A stretch of DNA of 64,000 bases. It comes from an uncultured archaeon (lineage in GTDB: Archaea; Thermoplasmatota; Thermoplasmata; Thermoplasmatales; Thermoplasmataceae). Below the pieces are notes generated by a model that was not told the origin of the DNA, ran no database searches, and worked only from the letters and a program-made list of their open reading frames with translations. Location of the stretch: the NCBI GenBank assembly GCA_000965745.1, contig CP009479.1, forward strand, positions 2,162,688 to 2,226,687. Reading direction: 5' to 3'. The translations under genes and the position numbers were made by a program. Shown here one piece after another: positions 36,969 through 47,601 of the stretch (position 1 is its first letter; each line of letters begins with the position of its first letter).

Positions 36969-39074
36969 ATGCTTTCTCCCAACGAAATTGAAGTGGATAC
37001 GGTCAGGGCCCTGTGGGAAGGGTTCTTTGACCAGTTCGAGTACAGGGACAGGATCAATAAGTTGAGTGAATTGTATCCTGATGAAAAGTCGCTCTACATC
37101 TCCTTCAGGGAGATAACAGACTACAATAATGAGTTTTCAAGCAATCTGATAGAATATCCTGAGATTTACCTTTCGATCGGGGAATCCGTGATCAGAGAAG
37201 ACATTTACCCTGCACGAATCAATGACTCAAGAAGGGTTAACATAAGGCTTCTTGAAGTGCCAGAGCAGGATGTCCAGTATGAAATAAGGAACATACGGAG
37301 CCAGAATGTCGGGAAGCTCATAAGTGTCAGCGGGATTATAAGAAAGAACACGGAAGTTCTCCCCCGGCTTCAGATTGCAGCTTTTGTGTGCAGTGCATGT
37401 GGCGAGATCAACAACGTACCACAGGACAGGGGCAGGCTTGACGAGCCCTCAAGGTGCCAGCATTGCGATACTGAGAAGCCCAAGACAAGGTTCAAGCTCG
37501 ACACTTCTGAGTCCGAGTTTGTTGATGTCCAGAAGATAGAAATTCAGGAGAATCCTGAAACGCTTGACGGCGGAGCCCAACCCCAGAGGATAACTGTGAT
37601 TCTTGAAGATGATATTACGGGGAGGATATTCCCGGGTGACAGGGTCACTATTTACGGAGTCCTCAAAGCTGAGCAGAAGAGGGCTGGAGCTGTGCCTCTC
37701 ACCGAATTCAACATTTATGTTTACTGCGTCAACTTCAAGAAGGACAGCAAGGAAGTCGAAAGCGTAAAGGTCACGCAGGAAGATGAAAAAACAATAATTG
37801 AGCTCTCCAAGCAACCGGAGATAATTGAGAAATTAGCCCGTTCCATAGCGCCAACGATATATGGAATGGAAATGGTAAAAACAAGCCTTGTTCTGCAGAT
37901 GTTCGGAGGGATCAGGAAAACAATGAAAGACGGGACTACCATGAGGGGAGACATACACATTCTCATGGTTGGTGACCCGGGAACAGCCAAATCTCAATTG
38001 CTCAAATATATGGCTGAAGTTTCACCCAGAGGTGTTTTCGCATTCGGAAGAGGTTCCAGCGCAGCAGGCCTGACCGCGGCTGCAGTCAGGGATGATTTTG
38101 GAGAAGGCAGGTGGACTCTTGAAGCAGGAGCCCTTGTCCTTGCAGATAATGGATTTGCCGCCATTGACGAACTGGACAAGATGGATGAGCGGGATACGGC
38201 AGCGATGCATGAGGCCATGGAACAGCAAACGGTAACAATTTCCAAGGCGGGAATTATGGCCACACTGAAATCCAGATGTTCGATACTAGGTGCAGCCAAC
38301 CCCAAATTCGGGAGATATGACCAGAACAGGCCCATTGTAGACCAGATTGATTTTCCGCCCCCTTTAATCTCAAGGTTTGATGTTATATTCAAGATCATTG
38401 ACCAGCCCAGCAGGGAAAAAGACGAAAAGCTTGCATTGCACATACTTGCTGCCCACAAAGTGGGTGAAATATACAAGAGCCTTGAGAGCAGCAAGATTGA
38501 GGATATCGAGGTCGAGGAGGAGAAGGGAATGGTCCCTCCCGTTGATAAGGAGACCCTGAGGAAATATGTCTCGTATGCAAGGTCAAAGGTATTTCCGAGG
38601 CTTTCAGAGGAAGCTATAGAGATCCTGAAGGACGAATACGTCAATACCAGAAACGCAGGTGGAGAGTCAATTCCAATTACTGCAAGGCAGCTCGAATCTA
38701 CAATCAGGCTTGCAGAAGCAGCAGCCAAGGCAAGGCTTTCCCCCATTGTCACTCCGAAGGATGCATTGCTGGCCAAGGCTGTTGTTGATTTCTATCTGAA
38801 AGACGTCTCCATGAACAATGGCGTCGTTGATATCGACATACTCCTTACAGGCATGAGCTCCGGGCAGAGGAACGAAGTTGAAACCGTCCACGATATAATC
38901 AGGGACATGAAGAGGGAAAACAAGAGAGCCCCAACAGTCCAATCAGTTATTGAAACTGCGGTTAGCAGGGGCATATCCAAGGAGAGGGTCACCACAATCA
39001 TAAACAATATGAAGAAGAATGGAATGATATACTCCCCCAACGACAGGACAGTTGACCTGGTAAGCCGTGATTAG
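36969..39074 (+). CDS. mcm: MCM replicative helicase
   Basis: Zn finger, GDPGTAKSQ, IDELDKM, SRFD, TARQLE; C-terminal wHTH. Confidence 0.97.
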   Translation: MLSPNEIEVDTVRALWEGFFDQFEYRDRINKLSELYPDEKSLYISFREITDYNNEFSSNLIEYPEIYLSIGESVIREDIYPARINDSRRVNIRLLEVPEQDVQYEIRNIRSQNVGKLISVSGIIRKNTEVLPRLQIAAFVCSACGEINNVPQDRGRLDEPSRCQHCDTEKPKTRFKLDTSESEFVDVQKIEIQENPETLDGGAQPQRITVILEDDITGRIFPGDRVTIYGVLKAEQKRAGAVPLTEFNIYVYCVNFKKDSKEVESVKVTQEDEKTIIELSKQPEIIEKLARSIAPTIYGMEMVKTSLVLQMFGGIRKTMKDGTTMRGDIHILMVGDPGTAKSQLLKYMAEVSPRGVFAFGRGSSAAGLTAAAVRDDFGEGRWTLEAGALVLADNGFAAIDELDKMDERDTAAMHEAMEQQTVTISKAGIMATLKSRCSILGAANPKFGRYDQNRPIVDQIDFPPPLISRFDVIFKIIDQPSREKDEKLALHILAAHKVGEIYKSLESSKIEDIEVEEEKGMVPPVDKETLRKYVSYARSKVFPRLSEEAIEILKDEYVNTRNAGGESIPITARQLESTIRLAEAAAKARLSPIVTPKDALLAKAVVDFYLKDVSMNNGVVDIDILLTGMSSGQRNEVETVHDIIRDMKRENKRAPTVQSVIETAVSRGISKERVTTIINNMKKNGMIYSPNDRTVDLVSRD

Positions 39075-39383
39075 ATGACAGACAGAATAAACATGAACCT
39101 CATAAACACACAGGGAGAGACTCTTCTGGCAGCAGCCGATTCAAATCTTCTGGGAAGGGAGCTGAGGGAAGGGATACTTCATCTTAAAGTCATAAGGGAA
39201 TTCTACGGAGACGTGATTGTATCCAGGGATACTTTCATATCATCTCTCAGGATGTGCACCATTGCAAACCTTGTTGGTGAGAAAGTAGTGAAGATAGCAA
39301 TAATGGAAGGCTTTGTAGATGAGGAAAACATCATCTACATAGAAGGTGTTCCTCACGCACAGTTCGCCACTTTGCAGGAGTAG
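39075..39383 (+). CDS. DUF424-family protein
   Basis: LLAAAD..LLG, FYG, IANLVG, GVPHAQ. Confidence 0.85.
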   Translation: MTDRINMNLINTQGETLLAAADSNLLGRELREGILHLKVIREFYGDVIVSRDTFISSLRMCTIANLVGEKVVKIAIMEGFVDEENIIYIEGVPHAQFATLQE

Positions 39384-39406
39384 CAGCATTCCTTCCGGAG
39401 TGTGCC

Positions 39407-40084
39407 ATGGTTGAGAAAGAAGTTCATGTCAGGGGTGTTTTCGAGGCCATTCAGGACAAGTATGACCTTCTGGATTCCATCATAAGCTTTGGAATGGACC
39501 AGCCGTGGAGGAAAAAGGTACTCATGCTCATGGGGCTGCAGCCCGGCATGACTGTGCTTGATTCAGGTGCCGGCACCGGCAAGCTCACCAAAATGATTAG
39601 AAACAGCTGCGGCAACTGCAAGGTCATATCGCTTGACATAACCGAGAAGATGTTCCGCCCGTCGCTGCTGTCCGGTGTTGAGTTTGTAGTCGGGTCCGCG
39701 GAAGATATGCCAATTGAGTCTTCATCCGTCGACAGGGCCGCCTCATGTTTCCTGACAAGGAACCTTTCAAGCGTTGACAGCTATCTCGATCAGCTGAACC
39801 GTGTTCTCAAGCCTGGCGGAATTTTCGTGAACCTTGACATATACCCTCCGGAAAACCCTGTTTTCAGCAGGCTTTTCGGCTTCTACTTCTACAGGATAGT
39901 CCCGAGGATCGGGGACAGGGCAACAAATTCAGATTCCTACAGCTATCTGGCCGATTCTGTCAGGAATTTCATCTCCCCGGAGCAGATGGGGGCAAAGATC
40001 AGGAATCACGGCTTCGAGCTGGTTGAGCAGAAGGTAATGGCCCTTGGGACGGTAGCAATACACGCCGGTAAGAAAGTACAGTAA
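39407..40084 (+). CDS. ubiE: UbiE/MenG-family quinone methyltransferase
   Basis: YD....ISFG.D..WR, GAGTG, RVLKPGG, YSYL..SV..F. Confidence 0.85.
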   Translation: MVEKEVHVRGVFEAIQDKYDLLDSIISFGMDQPWRKKVLMLMGLQPGMTVLDSGAGTGKLTKMIRNSCGNCKVISLDITEKMFRPSLLSGVEFVVGSAEDMPIESSSVDRAASCFLTRNLSSVDSYLDQLNRVLKPGGIFVNLDIYPPENPVFSRLFGFYFYRIVPRIGDRATNSDSYSYLADSVRNFISPEQMGAKIRNHGFELVEQKVMALGTVAIHAGKKVQ

Positions 40085-40144
40085 AATAACTATACATAGA
40101 TAATTAGCATTAATGCTTAAATAATATACATATCTTCAGAGGTT

Positions 40145-41395
40145 ATGATCACCTCACAGGCTGAGGACGTAATTCCAGACTCGTGGTACAACATTGTTCC
40201 CGATCTTCCTGAACAACTGGCTCCTCCAAGGGATAACACGGAGGATTTTTCCTCGATTGAGCTTCTGAACAGGATAATTCCCAAGGAGGTTCTCCGCCAG
40301 GAGTTCACGTTCAAGAAGTTCCAGAAGATTCCCGAGGAAGTCGCCGAGGCATACAGGCAGATAGGCAGGCCAACACCCCTTGTAAGGGCCAGAAACCTGG
40401 AGAAATTCCTTGGGTACAAGGGGAAGATTTTCTTCAAGTATGAGGGGGCAACAGTTACCGGTTCCCACAAGATCAACACGGCAATACCCCAGGCTTACTA
40501 TGCGGCCCAGGAGGGCGTAAACGGCATTGTCACTGAAACCGGCGCGGGACAGTGGGGAACTGCCACTGCGCTGGCATCTTCCCTTTACGGCATGCCAAGC
40601 AAGGTTTTCATGGTGGGCATAAGCTACAGGCAGAAGCCACTGAGAAAGAAGATAATGGGAATATACGGTGCGCAGGTTTTTGCCAGCCCCTCCAGCGAAA
40701 CGAAGTTCGGGAGGGAAATGCTGGGGAAGGACCCGGACCATCCCGGCTCTCTGGGCATAGCAATCAGCGAAGCCGTGGAATATGCGCTGGAGAATGATTA
40801 CAGATACCTTCTGGGAAGCGTCATGAATTCAGTTCTGACCCACCAGAGCATTATAGGGCTCGAGACGAAAAAGCAGCTGGAGGTGCTTGGAGAATACCCG
40901 GATGCACTCATAGGCTGCGTTGGGGGAGGGAGCAATTTCGGCGGCTTTACCTACCCATTCATCCCTGACAGCAGGGAAATTGACATGATTGCCTCAACAG
41001 CTTCTGAAGTACCCAAATTCGGCAAGGGCGAGTTCAAGTATGATTTGCTCGACACCGCGGGAATCCTTCCTTCAATGAAGATGTATTCACTCGGCGCTGA
41101 CTTCGTGCCTCCGCCAATTTATGCTGGCGGACTAAGGTACCATGCTGCGGCACCAAGCCTTTCACTTCTCATGCAGAAGGGCAAAATCAAGCATGACGAA
41201 GCCGATGAGCCAGCGGTGAAGGATGCTCTTAGGGTATTCTCGAAAACTCAGGGAATAGTGGCGGCCCCTGAGTCAGGACATGCCATAGCTTCTGCAATAA
41301 AATACGCGAAGGAGAGTTCGAATTCAGGAAAAACCATCGTCCTGAACGTGAGCGGCCATGGGCTCCTTGATCTCTCCATTTTCAAGGATGATTAA
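40145..41395 (+). CDS. trpB: Tryptophan synthase beta, TrpB2 type
   Basis: WYNIVPDLP, GSHKINTA, ETGAGQWG, YAGGLRYH. Confidence 0.95.
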   Translation: MITSQAEDVIPDSWYNIVPDLPEQLAPPRDNTEDFSSIELLNRIIPKEVLRQEFTFKKFQKIPEEVAEAYRQIGRPTPLVRARNLEKFLGYKGKIFFKYEGATVTGSHKINTAIPQAYYAAQEGVNGIVTETGAGQWGTATALASSLYGMPSKVFMVGISYRQKPLRKKIMGIYGAQVFASPSSETKFGREMLGKDPDHPGSLGIAISEAVEYALENDYRYLLGSVMNSVLTHQSIIGLETKKQLEVLGEYPDALIGCVGGGSNFGGFTYPFIPDSREIDMIASTASEVPKFGKGEFKYDLLDTAGILPSMKMYSLGADFVPPPIYAGGLRYHAAAPSLSLLMQKGKIKHDEADEPAVKDALRVFSKTQGIVAAPESGHAIASAIKYAKESSNSGKTIVLNVSGHGLLDLSIFKDD

Positions 41396-41396
41396 G

Positions 41397-42137
41397 ATGA
41401 GGAAGAACCTGATACTCTACTTCACACTGGGATTTCCGGATCAGGGTACCCTGGAATCTTTCTCCAGAAGAATATCGCAGGATGAGGTGGATTACGTCGA
41501 GTTTGGTTTTCCATCCGGAAACCCTGTGTACGACGGACCAAAGATAAGAGGTACTCATAAAACAGCCATGAGCAACTACAGGCCTGAGGACGGGGAGAAG
41601 CTCTTCAGGGACCTCCTTGGGAAAGGCATAAAGCTGTACTCCCTCACCTACTACAGGGACATTCGGGACGACGGTGGCAAATTCCTGTCATACCTCAAGC
41701 GGGAAGGGTTCAGCGGAATCATTGTCCCTGACCTTCTCGTGGACTACTCGGATTCAGCCTTTTCAGCCATAGGGAGGATCCATGAAGCAGGGCTCGATTT
41801 CATACCCTTCTTCAACCCGTCGACGCCTGACAGAATCATAAAGGAAATATCGTCAAAGACTGGTTCATGGATATACTATGGCCTTCAGCCCTCAACCGGT
41901 ATAAATGTGCCATTCGACACGGGAGAGGTTGCGGAAAGGATCAATGAACTTGTTCCCGGGAGGGAGATAAATTTCGGGTTCGGGATAAGAAACAACGACC
42001 AGGTGAGGGAACTGGTCAGCTACGGTGCAAGCGGTGTAGCCATTGGAACTGCCCTCATAGAAATGCTCTCTTCAGGGGATGAAGAGGCCTTTTACAGTTA
42101 CCTGAAGGAGATGAGAGGTGTGCTTGATGGAAAGTGA
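41397..42137 (+). CDS. trpA: Tryptophan synthase alpha
   Basis: YFTLGFP, P.YDGP.IR, PDL, GFGI. Confidence 0.9.
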   Translation: MRKNLILYFTLGFPDQGTLESFSRRISQDEVDYVEFGFPSGNPVYDGPKIRGTHKTAMSNYRPEDGEKLFRDLLGKGIKLYSLTYYRDIRDDGGKFLSYLKREGFSGIIVPDLLVDYSDSAFSAIGRIHEAGLDFIPFFNPSTPDRIIKEISSKTGSWIYYGLQPSTGINVPFDTGEVAERINELVPGREINFGFGIRNNDQVRELVSYGASGVAIGTALIEMLSSGDEEAFYSYLKEMRGVLDGK

Positions 42138-43143
42138 TAGATACATACTGAAGCTGATCAACGGGGAATCGCTCAAAAGAAAGGATGCGGAGTCCCTTAT
42201 GAACTGCCTTGTCTCTTCTGAAACGTCGGATATCAGGAGGGCGGCTTTCCTGACCGGGCTTCACTTCAAGGGAGCGACAACCGAAGAGATAATCGGTTTT
42301 TCTGAGTCCCTCAGAAGCCATTCGATCGCATCCAGGATCCCTGGGCTGACTGATATAGTCGGGACGGGCGGAGACGGAAAGAACACAATAAATGTCAGTA
42401 CCGGAGCCTCCATTGCTTCGTCTGCGCTTGGGATAAAGATAGCAAAGCATGGAAACGTGGGGATTACAAGCAGGCATGGAAGCGCGGATTTCATGAAATA
42501 CATAGGGTACAACTTTGAAAGGGGAGTAAGCGACCCGGAAGGTGCACTGAATCAGAACAGTTTCCTTTATGTGTTCGCACCAAGGTTCAACAACAGCTTC
42601 GCGAGTTTCGCGGATGTGAGGAAGAAGATCGGCCACAGGACAATTTTCAACATCATGGGCCCGATCACGAACCCTTTTGATCCCGACAGACTTGTGATCG
42701 GGACTGCAGACGAGAAAACATCCGAATCCTATGCTCAAGTATTGAAAGTAAGAGGAAAGAGGGGATATGTGTTTCATTCAGCTGACGGACTGGACGAGAT
42801 CTCCCCCTCTGCCGAAACAGCGGGGTTTCTTATAAGTGGAGGCGTCAGGAGTGTCACCATAGTCCCTGAAGACATAACAGGCAGGGGCATTGACCTGAAA
42901 AATGTCACAACGCAGGATCCTGAAGAATGCTTCACAAAGACGCTGAAAGGACTTCTCGGAAGGGACAGGGACGCCTCATCATTCATAGCGCTTAACGCAG
43001 CACCTGCCCTTGTCCTGAATGGGGTTGCCGGAAGCATTGAAGACGGTTATCAAGCGGCAATGAATGCCATCGGGGAAGGGACAGTGGAGAAGCAGATCAG
43101 AAAGCTTGCAGCCGGAGAGGCGGAACTGAATGAAGCTTCGTGA
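42127..43143 (+). CDS. trpD: Anthranilate phosphoribosyltransferase
   Basis: DIVGTGGDG, NVST, KHGN, GSAD, DGLDE. Confidence 0.95.
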   Translation: MESDRYILKLINGESLKRKDAESLMNCLVSSETSDIRRAAFLTGLHFKGATTEEIIGFSESLRSHSIASRIPGLTDIVGTGGDGKNTINVSTGASIASSALGIKIAKHGNVGITSRHGSADFMKYIGYNFERGVSDPEGALNQNSFLYVFAPRFNNSFASFADVRKKIGHRTIFNIMGPITNPFDPDRLVIGTADEKTSESYAQVLKVRGKRGYVFHSADGLDEISPSAETAGFLISGGVRSVTIVPEDITGRGIDLKNVTTQDPEECFTKTLKGLLGRDRDASSFIALNAAPALVLNGVAGSIEDGYQAAMNAIGEGTVEKQIRKLAAGEAELNEAS

Positions 43144-43735
43144 GGGCATGCTTGTAAAGGTCTGCGGTGTGGCAAACATCGATGATGCAGTTTTTGCAAG
43201 CCGCTTGGGGGCCGACATCATAGGCGTGGTTCTTGACCCTACAATTCCAAGGCATGGCGACACTGATCTGGTGACCGACATCCACAGGTCGGGAATCAGG
43301 GTTGCCGGTGTGTACACGTCGCTGGAATCTGCACTTGGCAGAAATCTCGACGAGGATCTGATACAGCTTCATTTCCCCCATGACGGTGAAACTGTGGAGT
43401 ATGTGAAGAATGAGACCGGCAAAGAAGTGATCTCGGTGATACAGTATTCTGAAACGAATGGGCTGTCAGACGAGGCGAGGGCCCGATATTCTGCCGGTGC
43501 GGACATAGTGCTTATAGAGAACAGGAACGGAATGATAACGACGCTTGACCGGATAGCTGAGATCCAGAAGATCGTGCGCACTGGAATTTCAGGGAGGATC
43601 AGCCCGGGAAATGCACTGGAATTCGCAAGAATAAACCCCCTGATGATAGACCTGAGCAGTTCACTGGAACTCTATCCTGGAAAGAAGGACCCATCGCTGG
43701 TTTCGGAACTTTTCAGGAACCTGGAGGTCGCATAG
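43130..43735 (+). CDS. trpF: Phosphoribosylanthranilate isomerase
   Basis: VKVCG, IQLH, D.SSSLE..PGKKD. Confidence 0.88.
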   Translation: MKLREGMLVKVCGVANIDDAVFASRLGADIIGVVLDPTIPRHGDTDLVTDIHRSGIRVAGVYTSLESALGRNLDEDLIQLHFPHDGETVEYVKNETGKEVISVIQYSETNGLSDEARARYSAGADIVLIENRNGMITTLDRIAEIQKIVRTGISGRISPGNALEFARINPLMIDLSSSLELYPGKKDPSLVSELFRNLEVA

Positions 43736-44914
43736 ATGCTATTCAGCGATATAGTGCAATATGCCCGGGAGTATTCCAACTTTGCATACATCTGCAAATT
43801 CGACAGGGACAGCAAGACAGAAGGCGAGGAGAGGCTCTACCTTTCCAACAGGGAACCCCTGTTAGCTGAAAACAGTGTCAGGGAATTCTTCAATGCTATT
43901 GGGGAATTGAGTTCGTCGGGCATTTCCGAAAATCAGGAAATACCGTTCTTCCTGGGATACGATTCGGTTCCGGAGTTCTACCCCGTTGGAAAGATAAAAC
44001 AGTCCGGGTGGCCAAAGGCAGCTGCAATGGTCCCTGATAAGGTATTGAAGGGGAGATTTGACAGGGACCCTGATGCGGCGGTAAGGGGACGCGTAGAGAA
44101 CTCTTTCTCAGACCACGAAATGCAGGAGAAGATCAGGGAGCTCAGGGACAGGATAATATCAGGAGAGCTGCTCCAGGTTGTTCTTTCCAGGAGGTTCGAC
44201 CTGAACGGGCTGGATCCGTTTGCGCTGCTGCAGCACTTCATGGAGGGGGACAGGTCACTTTATGTATTCTACTACAAGCTTGGGGAATACGAGATCATTG
44301 GAAGTTCCCCGGAAAATATAGTATCAAGATCGGGAAGAGACCTTGAGGTCCATCCCATTGCAGGAACCATAAAAAGGGGGTCCGACGATGCGGAGGACAT
44401 TGAGCTTGGAAGAAAACTTCTCCAGGACAGGAAGGAGCTGAGGGAACACAGGATGCTTGTCGACCTCGCCAGGAATGATCTCGGAATCGTTTCAGAGCCC
44501 GGAAGCGTGAAAGTCGTGAAATCCATGGAGATCCAGAGATTTGCCTCCGTGCAGCATATTGTCAGCACGGTCCATTCCACCCTGAAAGAAGGGCTCGGGA
44601 ACTATGAGATCGCCAGGACACTCTTCCCCGCAGGAACGGTTAGCGGAGCCCCAAAAGTCAGGGCTATCGAGCTTATAGACAGGTATGAGGATGTGGCAAG
44701 AGGCCCATATGCAGGCGGTTTGGGAGTGATGTCACAGGATTCAATGGAAATGGCCCTCCTGATCAGGTCAGTATTCAGGAATGGGTCCGAGACCTACACT
44801 CAGGCTGGCGCAGGCCTCGTCATGGACTCAGATCCTGAAAAGGAAGTGAGGGAATTCTACTCAAAGGCTGCAACAGTAATGGGAGGTTTGAGAAGTGCGA
44901 GTATTGATCATTAA
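43736..44914 (+). CDS. trpE: Anthranilate synthase component I
   Basis: GSSPE, PIAGT, EH.MLVDLARND, PAGTVSGAPK. Confidence 0.93.
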   Translation: MLFSDIVQYAREYSNFAYICKFDRDSKTEGEERLYLSNREPLLAENSVREFFNAIGELSSSGISENQEIPFFLGYDSVPEFYPVGKIKQSGWPKAAAMVPDKVLKGRFDRDPDAAVRGRVENSFSDHEMQEKIRELRDRIISGELLQVVLSRRFDLNGLDPFALLQHFMEGDRSLYVFYYKLGEYEIIGSSPENIVSRSGRDLEVHPIAGTIKRGSDDAEDIELGRKLLQDRKELREHRMLVDLARNDLGIVSEPGSVKVVKSMEIQRFASVQHIVSTVHSTLKEGLGNYEIARTLFPAGTVSGAPKVRAIELIDRYEDVARGPYAGGLGVMSQDSMEMALLIRSVFRNGSETYTQAGAGLVMDSDPEKEVREFYSKAATVMGGLRSASIDH

Positions 44915-45458
44915 CAATTATGACTCGTTTGTGTACAACATAGTGCAGGCAATCCAGAAAACAGGGGCGGAAGTGGATGTTGTAGAGAACGACAGGATTC
45001 GTGATATAGCTGATCTTGACGGGTACTCTGCATCAATAATCTCCCCTGGGCCGGGAAATCCGGCTAATGAAAAGGACAGGGGAGAGATATTCAATTTCAT
45101 CGACAGGTTCTCTGACAGGAAGATACTGGGCATATGCTTCGGCCACCAGGTCCTTGCATACTATCTCGGAAGCAGGATCAGGCAGTCAAGGTCAGTTATG
45201 CATGGTGAAGTGGACAGCATCAGCCATTCAGGCGGAGCCCTCTACAGGAATGTGCCTCAGACCTTCAGGTCAACCAGGTACCATTCACTGGAGATAGAGG
45301 CCGGCGATGGAATAGTTGTGGATTCCAGATCCACTTCGGATGGTGCAGTCATGGGGTTCCATTCAAAGGAGGGGAGGATGTTCGGCATACAGTTCCACCC
45401 TGAGAGCTATTATTCAGAACATGGAGAAACTATTCTCCAGAATTTCCTGGTTATCTAA
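44895..45458 (+). CDS. trpG: Anthranilate synthase component II
   Basis: NNYDSF, SPGPG, GICFGHQ, RYHSL, QFHPES. Confidence 0.95.
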   Translation: MRVLIINNYDSFVYNIVQAIQKTGAEVDVVENDRIRDIADLDGYSASIISPGPGNPANEKDRGEIFNFIDRFSDRKILGICFGHQVLAYYLGSRIRQSRSVMHGEVDSISHSGGALYRNVPQTFRSTRYHSLEIEAGDGIVVDSRSTSDGAVMGFHSKEGRMFGIQFHPESYYSEHGETILQNFLVI

Positions 45459-46208
45459 ATGAGCGTAGTTGATGAAATATACAGGAATAACAGGAATCGT
45501 GCTTCCATCGGGTCTTCGAGAAGGAGCCGCCCCGTCATAAGCCTGAAAGAGTCTGTTGAGGAGAAGAACTCGAAGGGGAGGCTGGGGCTCATAGCGGAGT
45601 TCAAGAAACGCTCGCCTTCGGGGTTCGAGTCAAAGGGCCTTGTTTCCACTACCAGTTACTTCGGGAAACTTGACCTGTCAAAGCTGGCGGGATTAAGTGT
45701 GCTAACTGAGCCGGACAGGTTCGGGGGATCGTGGGATGATCTCGCGGAAAGCCAGCCCTTCAATATCCCACTGCTTGCCAAGGACTTCTTTGATTCCGAA
45801 AATATGATCCGTGATGCTTATTTCTGTGGAGCAGATTCAGTTCTCCTGATTGCGGACTTCATGAAGGGCGAGCGGCTCGCTGCCCTTGCAGAATCTGCAT
45901 CGGAATACGGAATGGACGCACTCATAGAGTTCCACGACTTTGAGAGTGCGGAAAGAATTCCTGTTCACGACAACGTGATTGTCGGGTACAACAGGCGTAA
46001 CCTCAGGACAATGAAGATGGAAAGCCGGGAGAAAGAAGCAGCAGAGATGTTTGACAGGAAGGACGTGCCTTTCATACTTGAAAGCGGAATAGACAGCACG
46101 AATGCAAGGACCATGGATTTCACAGGATTCAGTGGGCTACTCGTCGGGTCCTCCATAATCAATGGGGAATCGGTTGTTGATGTGCTGCAATCAAGGGGAT
46201 TGCTATGA
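45459..46208 (+). CDS. trpC: Indole-3-glycerol-phosphate synthase
   Basis: IAEFK.RSPS, SVLTE, KDF, N.RNL, ESG. Confidence 0.92.
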   Translation: MSVVDEIYRNNRNRASIGSSRRSRPVISLKESVEEKNSKGRLGLIAEFKKRSPSGFESKGLVSTTSYFGKLDLSKLAGLSVLTEPDRFGGSWDDLAESQPFNIPLLAKDFFDSENMIRDAYFCGADSVLLIADFMKGERLAALAESASEYGMDALIEFHDFESAERIPVHDNVIVGYNRRNLRTMKMESREKEAAEMFDRKDVPFILESGIDSTNARTMDFTGFSGLLVGSSIINGESVVDVLQSRGLL

Positions 46209-46984
46209 TAGCTTCAGCCACGCTTGACAGCCTGCTCTTTGACAACAAGAGGCTGCTTATGATCGCAGGGCCATGTGCAGTGGAGTCTGAAAAGCAGCTT
46301 ATGGATACTGCACAGTTTCTGAAACAGGCAGGAGCCCACGTCCTGAGAGGTGGGGCATTCAAGCCGCGGACATCGCCGAGAACCTTCCAGGGCCTGGGTG
46401 AGGAGGGCCTTAAGCTTCTCAGCAGGGCAAGGGACAAAACCGGCCTGCCTGTTGTTTCAGAAGTTATGGACATAGAGCACCTCAACCTTGTTTCATCCTA
46501 CGTAGACATCCTGCAGATAGGATCCAGGAATTCCCAGAATTTTTCTCTCCTGAAGGAGGCCGGGAAGGTGGACAAGCCCATAATCCTCAAGAGAGGGTTC
46601 GGCGTAACGGTTAGCGAGCTTCTCAGCGCTTCCGAGTATATTACATCCGCAGGAAACAACCGCCTGATTCTTGCCGAAAGGGGTATCAGGACATTCGAGA
46701 ATTCAACAAGGTTCACGCTTGATGTTTCGGCGGTTCCGGTAATACATGACAGGTCCGACTTTCCGGTCCTTGTTGACCCCAGCCATCCGGCAGGCATGAC
46801 AAAATACGTGGAACCGCTCGCACTCGCTGGTGTAGCCGCAGGTGCAGACGGGCTCATGGTTGAAGTTCACCCTGACGCAAGGAATGCCCTGAGCGATTCC
46901 TCACAGCAGGTATCGTTTGACGAGTATACGCGACTATACGAGAAGGCCAGGGGAATTGCTGCGGTTCTGGGCCGCCATTTTTAG
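46205..46984 (+). CDS. aroF: DAHP synthase (type I-beta, no regulatory domain)
   Basis: [25 protein letters not shown]. Confidence 0.93.
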   Translation: MIASATLDSLLFDNKRLLMIAGPCAVESEKQLMDTAQFLKQAGAHVLRGGAFKPRTSPRTFQGLGEEGLKLLSRARDKTGLPVVSEVMDIEHLNLVSSYVDILQIGSRNSQNFSLLKEAGKVDKPIILKRGFGVTVSELLSASEYITSAGNNRLILAERGIRTFENSTRFTLDVSAVPVIHDRSDFPVLVDPSHPAGMTKYVEPLALAGVAAGADGLMVEVHPDARNALSDSSQQVSFDEYTRLYEKARGIAAVLGRHF

Positions 46985-47601
46985 GCATATTGGATCTTCC
47001 GGTTTCAAAGATTCGACATTCATTGGGTTCTGCCGGGTTTTCGGGTAAAATCCGATAGCTCCACCGGGTCGAAGCCCATTCCATGATTGGATGACTGCTT
47101 GAATTCCGTTCCATCCGCAACACCGGATTGGTTTCCAAAAGATTCCAGCCTGCCTGGTTCCACTCATTCCCCCTGCTTCGTAAAATGATGTGAAATCTTC
47201 CATTTCCCTGCAGCCGGATGGAAGAAATATTTCAAGCCCGGCATAGGACAGATCATACATCTGTCCCGGGTTGATTCATCTTTCCAGCCTGATGCCGCCT
47301 CTATTCCGGATTCCCTAGGCTCTACCCTCATTTCTTTTCTCATTATCCAGGAGGAATGATGCCTCATTTTCAGTCGTGTCGACAGCATGGATTTTCAGCA
47401 GGACTGCAGCCATTTCCTGAAGGTAACTGGCCAAATCATCAGGTGAAAATTCTGCCTCTCCACCGACTACCCTGTGATAACAATTTTGCATTCTTCATCG
47501 GCACTGCAGCTGTACAGCGGTTCTGGAGCCATAATCTATTTTTCCCTTGCCGCCCCAACAATTTTCAACAATATTTTTACTATTAAAACATTACCTTGAT
47601 C

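Noticed and set aside
36969-39074. Intein in MCM or adjacent replication origin
   Set aside because: Normal length with contiguous motifs; no ORB-like repeats or cdc6 recognised
46985-47595. RNase P or SRP RNA, or the short ORFs listed here
   Set aside because: Signature sequences not seen; ORFs lack recognisable features
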